Source: Candidatus Krumholzibacteriia bacterium (GTDB lineage: Bacteria > Krumholzibacteriota > Krumholzibacteriia > JAJRXK01). Taken from it: DNA of 64,000 bases. The notes under the pieces are model-generated. The model saw nothing but the letters and a program-made list of their open reading frames with translations. It did not search any database and was not told where the DNA came from. How positions within the stretch are numbered: position 1 is the first letter of the stretch; the number at the start of each line of letters is the position of its first letter. This document shows, piece by piece, positions 1 through 14,568 of the stretch. The stretch lies in NCBI GenBank assembly GCA_041484665.1, contig JBGPIA010000002.1, positions 416,001 through 480,000 on the forward strand. Reading direction: 5' to 3'. The translations under genes were made by a program, and so were the position numbers.

Positions 1-152
1 GCGTTACTCCCCAGGCCGAAGGGATGGACGATGGGGTCCTGGCGCAGCCAGGCCGGCGGCCGGGAGGCCAGCCGGTCTCCCGCCCAGCCAAGCCCGCAGA
101 GGAGCAGCAACACGACCGCGCGGCGCACGGCCGTAGCGAACATTTCGCGCAT
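1..152 (-). CDS. 5' part of a possible exported hypothetical protein, running off the window edge
   Basis: ATG at 152 opens a frame MREMFATAVRRAVVLLLLCGLGWAG... with a signal-peptide-like start, open to position 1; co-directional with the upstream gene. Confidence 0.4.
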   Translation of the reverse strand, partial: MREMFATAVRRAVVLLLLCGLGWAGDRLASRPPAWLRQDPIVHPFGLGSN

Positions 153-202
153 GGCAGCCTGGAGGCGAGCGGGTGGGAGGCCCGGTGGTTCAGGTCGAAG
201 GG

Positions 203-231
203 CCGGCCACGCGTTCCTGCGCGATGGCCGG
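203..231. other. GC-rich stem-loop downstream of the OM receptor gene
   Basis: CCGGCCA-CGCG-ttcctg-CGCG-a-TGGCCGG inverted repeat; no U-tract. Confidence 0.35.
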
Positions 232-266
232 TACAGCCGGCTCGATCGACGAGCGGCGCCAGAGGC

Positions 267-2423
267 TCAATTGAAGAACGGCCAGGCCAGTCCCCACACC
301 AGCTCGCGGGACCGTCCTCGCGTACCGGCGACCTCCTGCTGCACGGCATCCGTGAGGTTCCAGAGCGCCAGGTAGAGCTCGGCATCGCGCAGCTGCAGCG
401 CGAAGCGCAGGTCGTGACGCGTGACGTCGGGCGCCAGGATGTCGTACGGGGCCAGGCGATCGTCGTAGCGCGGCCCCAGGTGCCGGAACTCGTAGATGAC
501 GCTGAAGCGATCGTGCGGGCCCAGCAGCACGTGCCACCAGCGCAGCTGCACGGTGACCGCCTCGCGCGGCCAACCTGCGCCACGGTCGAGCGCGTGGTGC
601 AGACCGCCCAGAACGCGGTGCCCCCACACCCGCCCGGCGAGCCCGTGGCGCGCTGTGCCCAGGTTGAGCTCCGCATCGCCGACGACCTGGTCGATGCGCA
701 GCGTGAGCCCGCCCACCGTATGCGCCGTGCGCTCGGTGTCGGTCCCCGGATCCGGCTGCCACCCGATGCCGTCACCGAGCCAGTGGCGCTCCAGACCGGC
801 CTGGGTCCGCAGCCGGCCCAGCCGCAGCCCAGCGCGCGCCGCCCAGGCGTCCTGCCGCTCGAGCGGGAGCGTGCGTCCGGCCCCCCCGCGCGTGACGGTG
901 AAGGGCACGGCCGACGGCAGGTCGAAGCTCACGAACCCGTCGGTCTCCAGCAGCGTTGGTGTACGCAGGGCGCGCCGCAGCGTGGTCTGCAGCGTCAGGC
1001 GCCGCGCGGGCGCGTAGGTCAGCGTGGCGCCGCCCTCGCCTCCGAAGCGGTCGGACGCCTGCTCCGCGTAGAGGACATCCCCGGACAGTTGCGCCTGCCA
1101 GCACGACGATACGTGCCGCGTTACGCCAGCGCCCGCGTGCCCCACATATGCGGGATCGGAGACCACCCGCAGGGCGGAGTCCGCGGCCGTGAAGCGCGCG
1201 GTCTGGCGCTCGATCCCCACCGACAGGCAGAGCCCGTCGCCCGCCGTGCTGCGTGTCAGTTGGAGGCCCTGGCGCGAGGCGTCGCGAATCTCGCCGTGGA
1301 CGAAATCCTGGTCGTGCCAGTCGAGGTGGTAGCCGCGCGCCTGCCAGAATGCGTCGCCGCGCAGCACATCCAGGGCCAGCGCAACGTCCCCGGTCCAGCG
1401 CTCGGTGGTCCCGTTCGAGCGCGCCGTTGCCGTGTCGAAGCGCCGCCCGCGCCCGAACAGCACGCCCGCCCGCCACTGCGCGCCACGCAGGTCGAAGCCC
1501 GCTCGAAAGCGGCGCATCTTGGCCCTGCCGAGCACGTCCGTCGCGGCGCCGGGAAACAGCAGGAAATCGATGCCGTCCTCGGCCTTCCACTCCTCGTATT
1601 CCAGCCGCAGCGACTTTGGCGCGTCGGGTGTCGTCAGGGCGAGCGACCGCAGGTAGGTCTGCCCCTGCTGCTTGGCGAAGTGCGTGCGCACCACCGTCTG
1701 GCCGATGGCGCCCGGATCGGAGAGCAGGCGCACGGCACTGGGCGCGCCGGGGACCGGCGCCGGCGTGGCGCGCGCCGGCTGCTCGCCGCGCACGTCTCCC
1801 AGCCCCGCCGCGCTGCGGTCCCACAGCGCGGGGTCGAGATCGGCCGGGCTGCGGGAGGGAACGCCGTCGAGCAGGATCTCGGGCGCGGGCAGGTCCACCG
1901 GGGAGAGGCTCAGGAATGCCGGCGCACCCCGGTCTCCCGCGATGCGCACGACGGCGTGCGGAAGATCCTCCAGCACGTCTGCGAGGGTGGCCGGACGATG
2001 CGCTTCCAGGTCGCCGGCATGCATGTCCGCCGCCGCAACCCAGGGCGGGCGCGCGCGCGCGGGCAACGGAAAAGCCTCGGGTTGTGCGGTGCCAGCGCCG
2101 TGGGCGGTATCCGCGGCCGCCGCCGCGGGTTTCGTGGCCGCCGCATCGCCCGGCGGGGGCACGCCGGCCGTCGGCCCGCCGGGCGGGGGCGCGAGGCGGG
2201 GCAACGAGTCCGGCGTGGTGTTCGCTGCGGAGAGGGGCGGCTGCGCAGCGGTCGAGCCAGCGTCCGGCGCGCTCGCCGCACGCGCCACGGCCGCGCAGCT
2301 CATGGCCGCGGCTGTGCACGTCCAAGCGGCGGCCAGCGCCACCGCGCAGTGGAGCAAGAGCGTGGGTCGCGCGGGAAGGACGGTGCGGTCGCCTGGATGG
2401 GTCGATTTCAACGCGGGCTGCAC
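267..2423 (-). CDS. TonB-dependent-receptor-like outer-membrane beta-barrel with plug domain (start uncertain)
   Basis: Hydrophobic signal-like segment, Ala/Pro linker, plug-like TLADVLEDLP...EILLDGVP, amphipathic strands, C-terminal WGLAWPFFN. Confidence 0.65.
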   Translation of the reverse strand: MQPALKSTHPGDRTVLPARPTLLLHCAVALAAAWTCTAAAMSCAAVARAASAPDAGSTAAQPPLSAANTTPDSLPRLAPPPGGPTAGVPPPGDAAATKPAAAAADTAHGAGTAQPEAFPLPARARPPWVAAADMHAGDLEAHRPATLADVLEDLPHAVVRIAGDRGAPAFLSLSPVDLPAPEILLDGVPSRSPADLDPALWDRSAAGLGDVRGEQPARATPAPVPGAPSAVRLLSDPGAIGQTVVRTHFAKQQGQTYLRSLALTTPDAPKSLRLEYEEWKAEDGIDFLLFPGAATDVLGRAKMRRFRAGFDLRGAQWRAGVLFGRGRRFDTATARSNGTTERWTGDVALALDVLRGDAFWQARGYHLDWHDQDFVHGEIRDASRQGLQLTRSTAGDGLCLSVGIERQTARFTAADSALRVVSDPAYVGHAGAGVTRHVSSCWQAQLSGDVLYAEQASDRFGGEGGATLTYAPARRLTLQTTLRRALRTPTLLETDGFVSFDLPSAVPFTVTRGGAGRTLPLERQDAWAARAGLRLGRLRTQAGLERHWLGDGIGWQPDPGTDTERTAHTVGGLTLRIDQVVGDAELNLGTARHGLAGRVWGHRVLGGLHHALDRGAGWPREAVTVQLRWWHVLLGPHDRFSVIYEFRHLGPRYDDRLAPYDILAPDVTRHDLRFALQLRDAELYLALWNLTDAVQQEVAGTRGRSRELVWGLAWPFFN

Positions 2424-2550
2424 CGGGAGGCAGGGCGACTGCGGCAGCGTAACGCAGAGCCAGCGGTGCGGCAAGCCGCCAAGCGCGTGGTGCGGTCGCC
2501 CAGCGAGCGGCGACCCGCGCGCCGCGGTCAGGCGCGCCGCGGCGGAGCGC

Positions 2551-4143
2551 CTAACGCGGGACCTGCAGGCGCGTGAGCCGCTTCTGGACATCGAGGAAGC
2601 CGGCGTCCAGCGCCGCGACCCGCCCGTAGTAGTCCAGGGCCTCGTCGAAGCGCCCCAGCTCCTCCAGACAGTTCCCGACCTCGTAGAGCAGCCCGAGGTA
2701 GAAACGCGCCGGTAGCCCCGCGACGCGCAGCCCTTCGCGGTAGGTGGCCAGCGCGTCGTCCAGGCGCCCCATCCGCCTCAGGCAGACTCCCTTCATCTCC
2801 AGCGCCTTCAACCGGCCGTCGTCGCCCGCGGCGGCCAGATCGAAGGCCGCGATCGCCTGCTCGTAGAGCGCCATGTCCATGTACACCAGGCCCAGGTCGT
2901 ACTGCCCCTTGTAATCGTCGGGAGCGACCTCCGAGCCGACCTGGCCCTGCAGGTCCCGCACGATGGCATGGACCTGTTGCTGGTCGGTGTGGTTGAGATC
3001 GAGCCCGCGATCACCGTCGGCCAGGATCTCGTCGAGCAGGTTGAAGCCGCCACCCTCCGGCCGGGGGGTCCCGGCAGCCGGGGCTGGCGCGCGCTGCGGC
3101 GACGCGGTCTCCGCGGCGCTGGACGGCGCCCCCTGTCGCGCTGCGGTGCCCACCTGATGCACAAGCTCTTGGGTGAGCTGGACGGAGGGCGTGGGTGCAG
3201 CGCCGGACTCGTCGCGCGTATCGAGATCCAGCTCGAAATTGAGGTCGTGCCCCGCGATCTCCGGCACGGAGCGGCTGGAGGCCGTGGGCGCGTCGGCCGC
3301 GCCCGGCGGCGGCGCGTGAGTCGCCACGTGCGCGTGCGCTGTTGCGGGCGCCGGCGCCGGCGCAGAGATGTGGGCGCCCCCCGCGCCACGGGTGGGCGCG
3401 TAGGCCGCCGGTTGAGCAACTGCAGGACCGGACGCATACGCCGGGGCCGGCGCGTGGGCCGGCGCCGCAGCGGGCGTCGCACCGCCCTCGTGGCGCCCGT
3501 GGGCGGCGGCGGGCAGGTCGGCGTATTCGGGGATCGAGTCCAGACGCGCGACCAGCTCCCGCGCCCGCGCGATGTAGTGCTCGGCCACGCCGCTCTCGCC
3601 CGAGGCGTGGGCGAGCCTGGCCTTGCAGATCAGGATGCGGGCGCGCTCCTCCGCCAGCCCCCATTTCTGGTAGATCTCCTCCAGCTTGCTGAGGATCTGG
3701 AGGTCGTCGGGCATGTTCTCGATGAGCAACGCGCAGCGGTCCAGGAAGACGTCACGGTCCCTCTCCTGGATCCCGTCGGCGCGCTCCAGGAACTCCAGGA
3801 AGCTGGCGGAGGCCTCCGTGTCCAGGCCCTGGCGGCGGCGGATGTCGGCCAGGCCCCAGTGGCTGTCCAGCCGGTCTGGATCGAAGCGCAGGATCTTCTT
3901 GTGGACGGCGACCGCGTTGTTGGTCAGGCCGACGGCCATGTAGAGCTCGATGGCCTTCTCGAAGTTCTCCACCGCGCTAGGCACGTTGCCCATCTTCACG
4001 AAGATGTCGCCCAACTCGTTGCGATATCCAGGGTTGCTTCCGTCCAGGCCGCAGATTCGCTCGTAGAGCTTCGTCGCCCCCTCGAAGTGACGGGCGCGGA
4101 TTGCTTCCGTGGCCTCGCGCCGGAGTTCCGTGATCTTGCTCAC
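2551..4143 (-). CDS. Tetratricopeptide repeat protein with N- and C-terminal TPR clusters and a low-complexity linker
   Basis: GTG with AGGAGA RBS; TPR motifs ELGDIFVKMGNVPSAVENFEKAIE, YDLGLVYMDMALYEQAIAAF, YEVGNCLEELGRFDEALDYY. Confidence 0.8.
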   Translation of the reverse strand: MSKITELRREATEAIRARHFEGATKLYERICGLDGSNPGYRNELGDIFVKMGNVPSAVENFEKAIELYMAVGLTNNAVAVHKKILRFDPDRLDSHWGLADIRRRQGLDTEASASFLEFLERADGIQERDRDVFLDRCALLIENMPDDLQILSKLEEIYQKWGLAEERARILICKARLAHASGESGVAEHYIARARELVARLDSIPEYADLPAAAHGRHEGGATPAAAPAHAPAPAYASGPAVAQPAAYAPTRGAGGAHISAPAPAPATAHAHVATHAPPPGAADAPTASSRSVPEIAGHDLNFELDLDTRDESGAAPTPSVQLTQELVHQVGTAARQGAPSSAAETASPQRAPAPAAGTPRPEGGGFNLLDEILADGDRGLDLNHTDQQQVHAIVRDLQGQVGSEVAPDDYKGQYDLGLVYMDMALYEQAIAAFDLAAAGDDGRLKALEMKGVCLRRMGRLDDALATYREGLRVAGLPARFYLGLLYEVGNCLEELGRFDEALDYYGRVAALDAGFLDVQKRLTRLQVPR

Positions 4144-4385
4144 GCGGTCTCCTGCAGCGGATGCGACCCCGAGATGCCCAGCTGATTCGGCTCGTCCAAC
4201 GCGAGCGGACCTCTCCCCCTGGACGCTGCGTTCTGCCCGCCGCCCGGCGCGGCGGTCGCGCGACGTGCAACGCAAGGCCGTCGGGGAGTGTGGAATACCC
4301 CCGACCGGCTTCCTCCCGCGGGGCCAGCGCGACCATTCTTGGACGCGCGGGGCGCATTCGGGACGGATGATCCCGCGGGTCTCAT

Positions 4386-4401
4386 AGCAAGTCCTCTACC
4401 A
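4386..4401 (-). promoter_or_regulatory. Putative sigma54 (-24/-12) promoter
   Basis: Minus strand TGGTAGAGGACTTGCT: GG-N10-GC spacing with TTGCT, in the intergenic region upstream of the TPR gene. Confidence 0.5.
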
Positions 4402-4497
4402 GCCAGTTTCGGGTGCGCGGCGGCGCCTCCCGGAGGGGGCAGGCATTCTTTTCCCACCCTCCGCGCAGAGCGGGATCGGCCGCGTGAGGAGCGGACG

Positions 4498-5787
4498 TCA
4501 GGTGGCCGCGCGCCCGACGATGCGGCCGTCGAGAACGACCGTGTCGATCTCGTCCTGGCCCAGGTGCTGGATCAGCTCCTCCACGCTCGCGCAGCGTAGC
4601 ACGACCAGGTCGCAGCGCTTGCCCGGGGTCAGGCTGCCCACGGCGCCGGCGCGCCCCACGGCCCAGGCGGCGTTGAGGGTGCCCATCACCAGGGCCTCGG
4701 CCGGCGAGAGATGCATGCGGGTGCATGCGATGGCCATCACCAGTGGCAACGACTCGCAGTAGCAGCTCCCCGGGTTGAAGTCGGTGGCCAGTGCCAGCGC
4801 CACGCCCGCCCCGATCATTTCGCGGGCGGGCGCCCACGTGTCCAGGCCCAGGCTGAAGATGGTCCCGGGCAGGAGCACGCCCACCGTGCGGCTGCGCGCG
4901 AGGGCCAGGATGCCCGCGGGTGAGACGCGCCCCAGATGGTCCGCGCTGTCGGCGCCCAGCTCCGCGGCGAGCTCGGCGCCCCCGCTGCCGGCGAGCTCGT
5001 CGGCGTGCACACATCCACGCAAGCCCAGCTCGCGCGCGGCGAGCAGGATCGCGCGGCTCTGCTGCGGCGTGAACACCCCCGGCTCGCAGAAGACGTCCAC
5101 GCGCTCGGCCAGCCCTTCGTGCGCGACCTGGGGCAAGATGCTGGAGCACACCAGCTGCACGTAGCCTTCGCGATCGTGCTGCCATTCGTCGGGGAACTCG
5201 TGGGCGGCCAGACAGGTGGCCACCACGCGGGGCAGGCCGCGCTCGGCCGTCACCGCGCGCAGCGCCCGCAGCGCCTTCAGCTCCTGCTCGAGGTCAAGCC
5301 CGTAACCGCTTTTCACTTCAATAGTTGTCGTGCCGTACCGCAACGCGCTGCGCAAGCGCGCGCGGGTCAGCGCGCGCAAGCGGCTCTCGGGCAGGGCGCG
5401 GAAGTCGCGGACGCTGGCGCGGATCCCTCCGCCGGCCTGGGCGATCGACGGGTAGCTTTCGCCGGCCAGGCGACGCGCGAACTCCGCGGCGCGGGGCTGC
5501 GCGAACAGTGCGTGGGTGTGGGCGTCCACCAGCCCCGGCACCACGGCCTTGCCGGAGCAGTCGATGCGCACGCCGCCGGGCAAGAGCCGAGCGCTCGCCA
5601 GCACGTCGGCGGCGGCACCGGCGGCCACGATCTCGCCGCGCAGCGCCGCGACCGCGCCGCCGCCCACGAGCCCCACGTCACCCAGGGTGTCGCCGCGGCG
5701 CGGTCCCGCGTCGTCACCGGCGCGGTGCACGGTGTAGAGCGCGTCGATGTCGTCCAGCAAGAGGTCGGCGGGCAAACGCTGGCTCAT
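4498..5787 (-). CDS. hutI: Imidazolonepropionase
   Basis: [49 protein letters not shown] overlap with hutU. Confidence 0.96.
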   Translation of the reverse strand: MSQRLPADLLLDDIDALYTVHRAGDDAGPRRGDTLGDVGLVGGGAVAALRGEIVAAGAAADVLASARLLPGGVRIDCSGKAVVPGLVDAHTHALFAQPRAAEFARRLAGESYPSIAQAGGGIRASVRDFRALPESRLRALTRARLRSALRYGTTTIEVKSGYGLDLEQELKALRALRAVTAERGLPRVVATCLAAHEFPDEWQHDREGYVQLVCSSILPQVAHEGLAERVDVFCEPGVFTPQQSRAILLAARELGLRGCVHADELAGSGGAELAAELGADSADHLGRVSPAGILALARSRTVGVLLPGTIFSLGLDTWAPAREMIGAGVALALATDFNPGSCYCESLPLVMAIACTRMHLSPAEALVMGTLNAAWAVGRAGAVGSLTPGKRCDLVVLRCASVEELIQHLGQDEIDTVVLDGRIVGRAAT

Positions 5788-7454
5788 CGCGGGGCGCGTG
5801 ACGGCATCGGGAAGTGCAGGCCCTTCCCCTGCGCAAAGCGGCACGCTTCGTCGTAGCCGGCATCGTAGTGGCGCGCCACGCCCATGAGCGGATCGGTCGT
5901 GAGCACCCGCTGCAGGCGCAGCGCGGCCTGCGGCGTCCCATCGGCCACGATCACCTGGCCGGCGTGGATCGAGAGCCCCATTCCCACGCCGCCGCCGTGA
6001 TGCACCGACACCCAGCTCGCTCCGTTCACCGCGTTGATCAGCGCGTTGAGGATGGGCCAGTCGGCTACCGCATCACTGCCGTCGAGCATCCCCTCGGTCT
6101 CGCGGTAGGGGCTGGCCACCGAGCCGCTGTCGAGGTGGTCGCGCCCGATCACGATCGGGGCGTTCACCTTGCCCGTACGCACCAGCTCGTTGAAGCCGAG
6201 CCCTGCTCGCGCCCGCTGCCCGTAGCCCAGCCAGCAGATCCGCGCGGGCAACCCCTGGAAGGCCACCTGGCGCGCGGCCAGCTCGATCCAGCGGCGCAGG
6301 TGCGGCTCCTCGCTGCCAAACATCTCCAGGATCATGGCGTCGGTGGCCGCGATGTCGGCAGCATCCCCACTCAGGGCCACCCAGCGGAACGGGCCCTTGC
6401 CCTCGCAGAACAGCGGCCGGATGTACGCTGGAACGAACCCGGGGTAGGCGAACGCGTCAGCGAACCCGGCGTCGCGCGCCATGCCACGCAGGTTGTTTCC
6501 GTAGTCGAACACCGTGCTGCCCGCGCGCAAGAGCCCCACCATGGCCTCACAATGCTCGCGCATGGCGCGCATGGCCTCCTGCGTGGAGCGCGCAGGGTCG
6601 TCCTGGCGCAGCCGCAGCGCCTGGTCGAGCGTCATGCGATTGGGGACGTAGCCGTGCAGCGGGTCGTGGGCGCTGGTCTGGTCGGTGACGACGTCGATGG
6701 CCTCACCGCGGCGAAGCAGCTGCGGCAGGATGTCGGCGGCGTTGCCCAGCAGGCCCACCGAGTACGGTCGCTGCTGGGCGCAGGCCTGGCGACAGCGGCG
6801 CAGCGCCTCGTCGAGGTCCGTGCACGAGTCCATCAAGTAACGGGTCTGCAGCCGGCGCTCGATCCGATGCGGGTCTACCTCCACGCACAGGCAGACCCCC
6901 TCGTTCATGGTCACCGCCAGCGGCTGAGCGCCACCCATTCCGCCCAGGCCGGCTGTCACCACCAGCCTGCCCCGCAGGTCTTCCCACCCCTGCTTGCGCG
7001 CCAGAGCCGCGAGGGTCTCGTAGGTGCCTTGCAGGATTCCCTGGGTGCCGATGTAGATCCAGCTGCCGGCCGTCATCTGCCCGTACATCATGAGGCCCTG
7101 CCGGTCGAGGGCGTCGAAGTGCTCCCAGGTGGCCCAGCGCGGCACGAGCAGGCTGTTGGCCAATAGCACCCGCGGCGCGTCGGGATGGCTCGGCATGACC
7201 GCCACGGGCTTGCCGCTCTGCACCAGCAGCGTGTGCTCGTCGTCGAGCTGCCGCAGCTCGTGCAGGATGGCGTGAAACGCCTCCCAGCTGCGCGCCGCCT
7301 TGCCCCGCCCGCCGTACACCACCAGCTCGTCGGGCCGTTCGGCCACGTCGGGGTCGAGGTTGTTCTGGATCATCCGGTAGGCCGCTTCCTGCACCCAACC
7401 CCTGCAGGTGAGCGCCCCGCCACGCGGCGCGCGGACCGGCTGCGCCTTCGCCAT
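5784..7454 (-). CDS. hutU: Urocanate hydratase
   Basis: [63 protein letters not shown] before the ATG at 7454. Confidence 0.98.
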   Translation of the reverse strand: MAKAQPVRAPRGGALTCRGWVQEAAYRMIQNNLDPDVAERPDELVVYGGRGKAARSWEAFHAILHELRQLDDEHTLLVQSGKPVAVMPSHPDAPRVLLANSLLVPRWATWEHFDALDRQGLMMYGQMTAGSWIYIGTQGILQGTYETLAALARKQGWEDLRGRLVVTAGLGGMGGAQPLAVTMNEGVCLCVEVDPHRIERRLQTRYLMDSCTDLDEALRRCRQACAQQRPYSVGLLGNAADILPQLLRRGEAIDVVTDQTSAHDPLHGYVPNRMTLDQALRLRQDDPARSTQEAMRAMREHCEAMVGLLRAGSTVFDYGNNLRGMARDAGFADAFAYPGFVPAYIRPLFCEGKGPFRWVALSGDAADIAATDAMILEMFGSEEPHLRRWIELAARQVAFQGLPARICWLGYGQRARAGLGFNELVRTGKVNAPIVIGRDHLDSGSVASPYRETEGMLDGSDAVADWPILNALINAVNGASWVSVHHGGGVGMGLSIHAGQVIVADGTPQAALRLQRVLTTDPLMGVARHYDAGYDEACRFAQGKGLHFPMPSRAPR

Positions 7455-7597
7455 GGTCGCCTCCTGGGTCAGGCAGCGGCGCGCGAGCGCGCGGACGCCG
7501 CGGGACCTACGGCGGCGCCGGGGCGCGCCGCCTGCTTCCGAGTCCGGAAGATAGCCCCTCACCCCGACCGTGGACAGGCCCAGGTGCGAGCTTGGAG

Positions 7598-7626
7598 GAG
7601 ACACAAAGACGTGGTGCTGCTATACT
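7598..7626 (+). promoter_or_regulatory. Putative sigma70 extended -10 promoter for the sulfatase-like gene
   Basis: GAGACA-N17-TATACT, with TGn directly before the -10, in an AT-rich divergent intergenic region. Confidence 0.55.
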
Positions 7627-7731
7627 TTTATTGCTGCTCGGTCGCTGACTCCCACCCCACGTGCTCGTAGCAGCGCCAACCCCCGACGCCGGATCGAACC
7701 ACCCCCCAGCAGCTCATGCGAGCTGCCAGGT

Positions 7732-9645
7732 ATGCATTCCAGCGCGCAGGGGCAAGCGCTGCCGGAGCACGGCACGCTTGCGCACGCTCGCCAACGCGGG
7801 CGACATCGCAGGGTGCGCAGCGCGCGGCGCCGCGAGCGCCGGCTGCTGGCCGCGCTCCTTGCGTCGCTGCTCGCTGCCGCATGCCAGCAAACGCCCGGAC
7901 AGAATGTGCCGGCAGGAGCGCCGGCGCGCGCGGCCGCTCTCGACGGCCGCAGCAACCTCTTGCTGATCACGGTGGATACCGTACGGCCGGATTACCTGCA
8001 GTGCTACGGCCGCGCCGGCGCGCACACCCCCGCCTCCAACCTGCTGGCCGCCCACGGCGTGGTCTTTGAGAACGCCTTCACTCCGTACCCGCTCACGTTG
8101 CCGGCGCACGCGAGCATGTTGACCGGCCGTGCGCCCTTCGAGCACGGGCTGCGCAACAATGCGCCGCCCGATGGCCCCGACAGCCTGGAGACGGTGGCGG
8201 TGATCCTCAAGCGACACGGCTACGCCACCGCCGCCGTGGTGAGCACGTTCATCCTCGACCACCGGTTTGGCCTCGCCCGCGGGTTCGATCAATACGACGA
8301 CGACCTGCGGGCCACGGCCGGCGCGGAGAGCGGCCGGCGCGTGCAACGGCGTGCGGCCGAGACCACCGACTTGGCGCTGGCCGCCCTGGCCGCGCTAGGC
8401 GAGGAACCGTTCCTGCTGTGGGTGCACTACTTCGACGCCCACGCTCCCTACGATCCGCCGCCGCCGTACGTAGGGCAGGGCTACGCCGGCGAGATCGCCA
8501 CGATGGAGGACGGGATCGTCCGCCTGCTGCGCGGCTTGCAAGAGCGCGGGCTGTGGGAGCGCACGGGCATCGTCCTGGCGGGCGATCACGGCGAGGCATT
8601 CGGCGAGCATGGCGAGCAGCAGCACGGCTTCTTCGTCTACGACACGACCCTGCGGGTGCCGCTGCTCCTCAAGCCTCCGGGGCACGACGCGGCGGCGCAG
8701 CGCGTGGCGGAGCCGGCCTGCCTGATCGACATCGCGCCCACCTTGCTGGCATGGGCGGGAGCGAGCGAGCGGCCCGCGGGCCCCTGCGTGGAGCTGCTGG
8801 AGCTGGCGCGGGGCGCGCGGGCCCCGGCCCGGGCGCTCTACGCCGAATCCCTCGTGCCGTTCTTCAACCACGGCGCGGCGCCCTTGGCCTGCATCCGCAG
8901 CGGCGGATGGAAGTACATCACGGCGCCCGAACCCGAGCTCTACGCGCTCGAGCAGGATCCGCAGGAGGCCGTCAACCAGCTGTCCCTGCAACCTGCGCGG
9001 TCGGCTCAGTTGCGCGCGCTGCTGGACGCGCTGCACGCCCTGGACCACGTGCCCCCCGCGATCGCTTCACCGTCGGGCCGGATGGATGCGCAGATGCGCG
9101 AAGGGCTGGCCGCACTGGGCTATGTATCACCGGGCGAGATCGACGGCGGGTCCGTCCGCAGCGATCCCAAGCGGGTGCTGCGGGCGCTGCGCTGCATCGA
9201 GGATGGGGACCGGGCGCTGGGGCGCTTGGACTACGATCAGGCGCAAGACGCCTACCGCCAGGCGCTCGAGTCGGACCCCCGCAACTGGAAGGCCACGTGG
9301 AAGCTGGGCGACCTGTTGATCGACACGGGTGACCTGCGCGGGGCGGAACGGGTCTACCGCGCGGCACTGGGCCGCGACGCGAGCAATTTGAACGTCGACC
9401 TGCGCCTGGCGGGCGTGGTCTACGACCTCGGGCGGCCCGACGAGGCCCTCGCGCTGTGCGACAGCGTGCTGTCGCACCGGCCCGGCCACCTGGAGGCACG
9501 TACGATGCGCGCGGTGGCCCTCTGCTCGCTGGGCCAGCGGAGGCAGGCCCGCGTCGACCTCGAGGCCGTGCTGCGGGACGATCCGCAGAATCAGCTCGCC
9601 CGGATGTGGCTGCACCGGTTGTTCGACGCGGACAGCACTGAGTGA
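7732..9645 (+). CDS. Sulfatase-like hydrolase/transferase (alkaline phosphatase superfamily) lipoprotein with C-terminal TPRs (start uncertain)
   Basis: Lipobox-like LAAAC, NLLLITVDTVRPD, LTLPAHASMLTG, HYFDAHAPY, GDHGE, followed by TPR repeats. Confidence 0.85.
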   Translation: MHSSAQGQALPEHGTLAHARQRGRHRRVRSARRRERRLLAALLASLLAAACQQTPGQNVPAGAPARAAALDGRSNLLLITVDTVRPDYLQCYGRAGAHTPASNLLAAHGVVFENAFTPYPLTLPAHASMLTGRAPFEHGLRNNAPPDGPDSLETVAVILKRHGYATAAVVSTFILDHRFGLARGFDQYDDDLRATAGAESGRRVQRRAAETTDLALAALAALGEEPFLLWVHYFDAHAPYDPPPPYVGQGYAGEIATMEDGIVRLLRGLQERGLWERTGIVLAGDHGEAFGEHGEQQHGFFVYDTTLRVPLLLKPPGHDAAAQRVAEPACLIDIAPTLLAWAGASERPAGPCVELLELARGARAPARALYAESLVPFFNHGAAPLACIRSGGWKYITAPEPELYALEQDPQEAVNQLSLQPARSAQLRALLDALHALDHVPPAIASPSGRMDAQMREGLAALGYVSPGEIDGGSVRSDPKRVLRALRCIEDGDRALGRLDYDQAQDAYRQALESDPRNWKATWKLGDLLIDTGDLRGAERVYRAALGRDASNLNVDLRLAGVVYDLGRPDEALALCDSVLSHRPGHLEARTMRAVALCSLGQRRQARVDLEAVLRDDPQNQLARMWLHRLFDADSTE

Positions 9646-9673
9646 CCAAGCCTAGGCCGGCGCCGCGGCGAGC

Positions 9674-14568
<4,895 letters not shown>

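Noticed and set aside
7600..7640. HutC operator upstream of hutU
   Set aside because: No TGTA-N2-TACA-like palindrome; the AT-rich stretch is better explained as a -10 element.
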